The translations under genes were made by a program, and so were the position numbers. This document shows, piece by piece, positions 61,041-64,000 of a stretch of 64,000 nucleotides of DNA; within the stretch, counting starts at the first letter, position 1; every line of letters begins with the position of its first letter. Source of the stretch: Octopus sinensis (Eukaryota); contig NW_021832596.1 in the NCBI RefSeq assembly GCF_006345805.1, positions 43,733 through 107,732 of the forward strand. Reading direction: 5' to 3'. The notes below the pieces were generated by a model that did no database searches, was not told the origin of the DNA, and was given only the letters and a program-made list of their open reading frames with translations.

Positions 61041-63649
61041 TTGCCCTCTTATCCCAGTCACACTCTTACTATCCTCTCTCACTCATGCTATTTCCTCCAA
61101 CACTGTTCTATCTAACTATTCAGCTGGCAAAGTCTCTTTCACCTTACAGTGTAGAAGGCAATCACTACTAAAATTCCACTCAAACCATTCTATAAAGTGG
61201 TTGATGAGCTGTCTAGGATTAGTTAATAACTTCATCATCATTTCATTTAGCGTCTGTTTTCCATGCTAACATGGGTTACCTAATTGATGTAAAGGGCAGG
61301 GGATCAGAGAGCATAGTAGTAAAAGTAAGAACTGATTGGAAGAAGTTCAGGAAGTTATTACCTCTGCTGGCAACAAAGGGTTTTTTCTCTGAGTGTAAGA
61401 TGGACTGTATGCTGCTTGTATATGAAGTGTGATGCTGTTTAAAAGTGAGACATGGGCCTCTTTGAGTGCAAATTTATGAAGATTAGAATTAAATGAACTG
61501 AACATAGTCGGTTGGATGTGTAATAGTATACTATATAGTGTAAGTAAGGTATCATATATTATGGTTGCAAAATGAAATACTCTGACCGTGCCAGCAATTT
61601 ATATGTGTGTACTGTTTGCCAGGAATGTGTTTAATATGTAAATTAGTCTATCCATTTGTGTCACACTGTTAAACTTATTGGGTATTTAAGCAATGTATCC
61701 ATGGTCTGTTGGTGGGTTAGATGTGGTATTAATGAAAGAGCAATAACTCTTGAAATATGTAAATGCATCCATTACCTATATTTTCTCTCTTCAATTGTAT
61801 TGTTTACATAGACATATTCATTCGCAAATGTTGTAACTGGCAGTGCTGACTCTGGAAAGCTATCACTATAAAGCACCATAGGAGGGAGACAAGTACAGTT
61901 TGACAATACAAGAATACACTGTTTACTTGATCATTTTTTTGTCAAAATCATATTTTATTTGAAAGTTTTCTATGTGAACTTTCTTCTCATATAATTTGAA
62001 TCAAAATCCAACTCTTAAATATTATGCCATGTTCCTTCAATCACCCTGGTATTTCCACCCATTCACAAAGTTTGTCCTTTTTTTTTTACTTTGACTACTG
62101 AAAGGTAGCTCTCATCTTTGTTCAGTGTGCTGGAGCAGTGTAACTTGATTCTTTTGCAGATCATACTGTCACGAAAAGGACTTTTACTGCTTTATTTTGA
62201 TATAAAAATCAGTGAAAGTAGGTCAAATAATCCCTATGACATATAAAAGTGAAAATTTTATCATCAACTTTCACTTAGAAAATAATACATTTTCTTCAAG
62301 ATTTTTATGTCATAAGAAAGAAAAATTACTTGCCAGTTAGATATGATCATTGCTGAAACTGGCCATAGTATGGTGAAAAAGTGCAAAGTCAATAAAGAGA
62401 GTGGTACACTGACACTACTAGTCAAAGTGACATATTCCTCTGTGGTGAGAGGTCAAACAGAACACAAATCTGAGGTTTCAGAATCCAAGGCTCTGGTTTG
62501 AGCCAGAGTTTCAAGAAATGAACTAATTACTAAGTAAACATATTTCTTTAGAAAAATGCACTAAATTGAGCTGCATCAGACTTCTGGAACCCATAATTAG
62601 CATAGAATCATTGTATTGTGAATCTTTATTCCCTCTTGTTGTGTAACAAAGTGTGGAGTTGATGTCTGAATTATACCTTGTGGATATTCTTGTACATGTA
62701 AATTTCATTGTCCTTTGAGAAATATTGGTCAAATTTTGCAAACACAATTATATTGTACAATGAATATTATTTTGTAGACTATTTAGGTTCAATATGAAGC
62801 ATTTTCTTTCCCAATTTTGAATATAGTTGGATAATTTGTAGTAGTGTTTACATATTCATTTTAGGTTTTTGTCTCTCTCCTACTAACAAGTTTGCTATGT
62901 TACAGATGTTTTTAATATCTTTAATTCAAGCTTTTAATGCTAAAGCAAGGAATTAGATTTCACATTTTGTTTGTCTTTTAATCTGGGTGTATATGCAATT
63001 CTGAGAAAGGTACCAGGTCATCATGTCATGTGCTAGAAGCAACAGCTAAATCTTCTATAAATCACACACTTTTTCATTTGAAAATGTTTTCAAACATCAT
63101 TTCATAACCAAAACGTTTCTCTTGTTTTTTTTTAAGTGCATTGTACAAAAAAAGAGGCCAAAATCAGTCCAGAGGGGAGGGTAGGAGGTTGGAAAAAATC
63201 ATAGATTTTCAATAAATTTTTTTATAATATACCTTGACCTGTCATTTCCAAGGCGGTGGTGAAAAGAAAATTGGAAAAATCCCCATCAAAATTCAGCTTA
63301 AATGGACATCTTGATCCCAAACTCTGCTGCTTATAGCCATTTTTAATAATCCATTAAAATTGTATTGAAATGGTGTCATGATCCCAAATCTCAGGATTTA
63401 TTTAGCTTGTATCTATTACAAATATGCCAAAACTCAAGTCCTTGTGACTTGTACTTTTGAATTTAGCTAAGTCTGAAAACACTGAAATTGACTGTTTGTT
63501 ACATGTAACAAAATAGGTTTTACATAAATATTTTAAAAATTGCTCCCAAAACAAAGTTTTATTTTCAAAAACCTGAAAAAAAAGAAAGAAAAAGAAAGGC
63601 ACCTATTTGTGTAATTCACAGTTGGTTATCACCTCAGTTTCAAAGATAT

Positions 63650-64000
63650 ATTACAAAATCAAGCTGTACCTCGAAATAAAGAGGTCAGATCCTGTACACT
63701 ATAGCTCTCTATTACAATCAGACCTGGACACAATGCAGCAGTGGATCATGGAATGGCAACTCAAGCTGGCTGCGGACAAATGTACCACCATGCATTTTGG
63801 GAGGAAAAACCCAGCGTCTGCCTACTCCTTCCACAACTCTAATCTCAAAAAGTCTTTGTGTGAACGTGACCTGGGTGTTATTGTCAACAGCAATTTGCAT
63901 TGGACAAAACACATCGCTAAAATTGCCAAGAAGGCTGAGGGTGTCTTGGCATCACTCACCAACTCCTTTGTGAGCCGCTTTCCGGCTATCTATCTGCGGC
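63650..64000 (+). mobile_element. CR1/L2-group LINE RT fragment running off the window end
   Basis: LQSDLD..WQLKLAADKC..MHFG..ERDLGVIV..LHWTKHI; nucleotide similarity to 28290-28430. Confidence 0.88.

Overview
AT-rich eukaryotic genomic DNA, almost entirely transposon-derived. The tRNA-headed SINEs and the repeat mix look like an octopus/cephalopod genome; this is inferred from recognised repeat types, not from a database search. No intact host gene, rRNA, tRNA gene or CRISPR array is supportable, and most listed ORFs are microsatellite artefacts or TE fragments. Main content: (1) at least four Penelope-like retroelements (PLEs), three with a CxCx5C motif before the GIY-YIG nuclease and one Neptune-like. 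One forms a 5.2-kb inverted repeat (2954-8145) with a complete type I hammerhead ribozyme (HHR) at each outer end. Another (22385-25266) keeps the inverted-pLTR/pLTR/ORF/pLTR layout, has a SINE inserted inside its hammerhead, and carries a ~150-aa in-frame N/S/T-rich spacer between the GIY and YIG positions. (2) A degenerate autonomous Helitron, several short Helitrons, and two composite Helitrons that share a 5' module but end in different 3' modules. (3) mariner, Tc1, Tigger and piggyBac-type elements, including a multi-level nest at 52005-57147. (4) CR1-like, RTE-like and R4/Dong-like LINE remnants. (5) Two fold-back elements and a pre-miRNA-like hairpin at 44651-44745. Alignments, translations and folds were done by eye; boundaries of degenerate elements are approximate.
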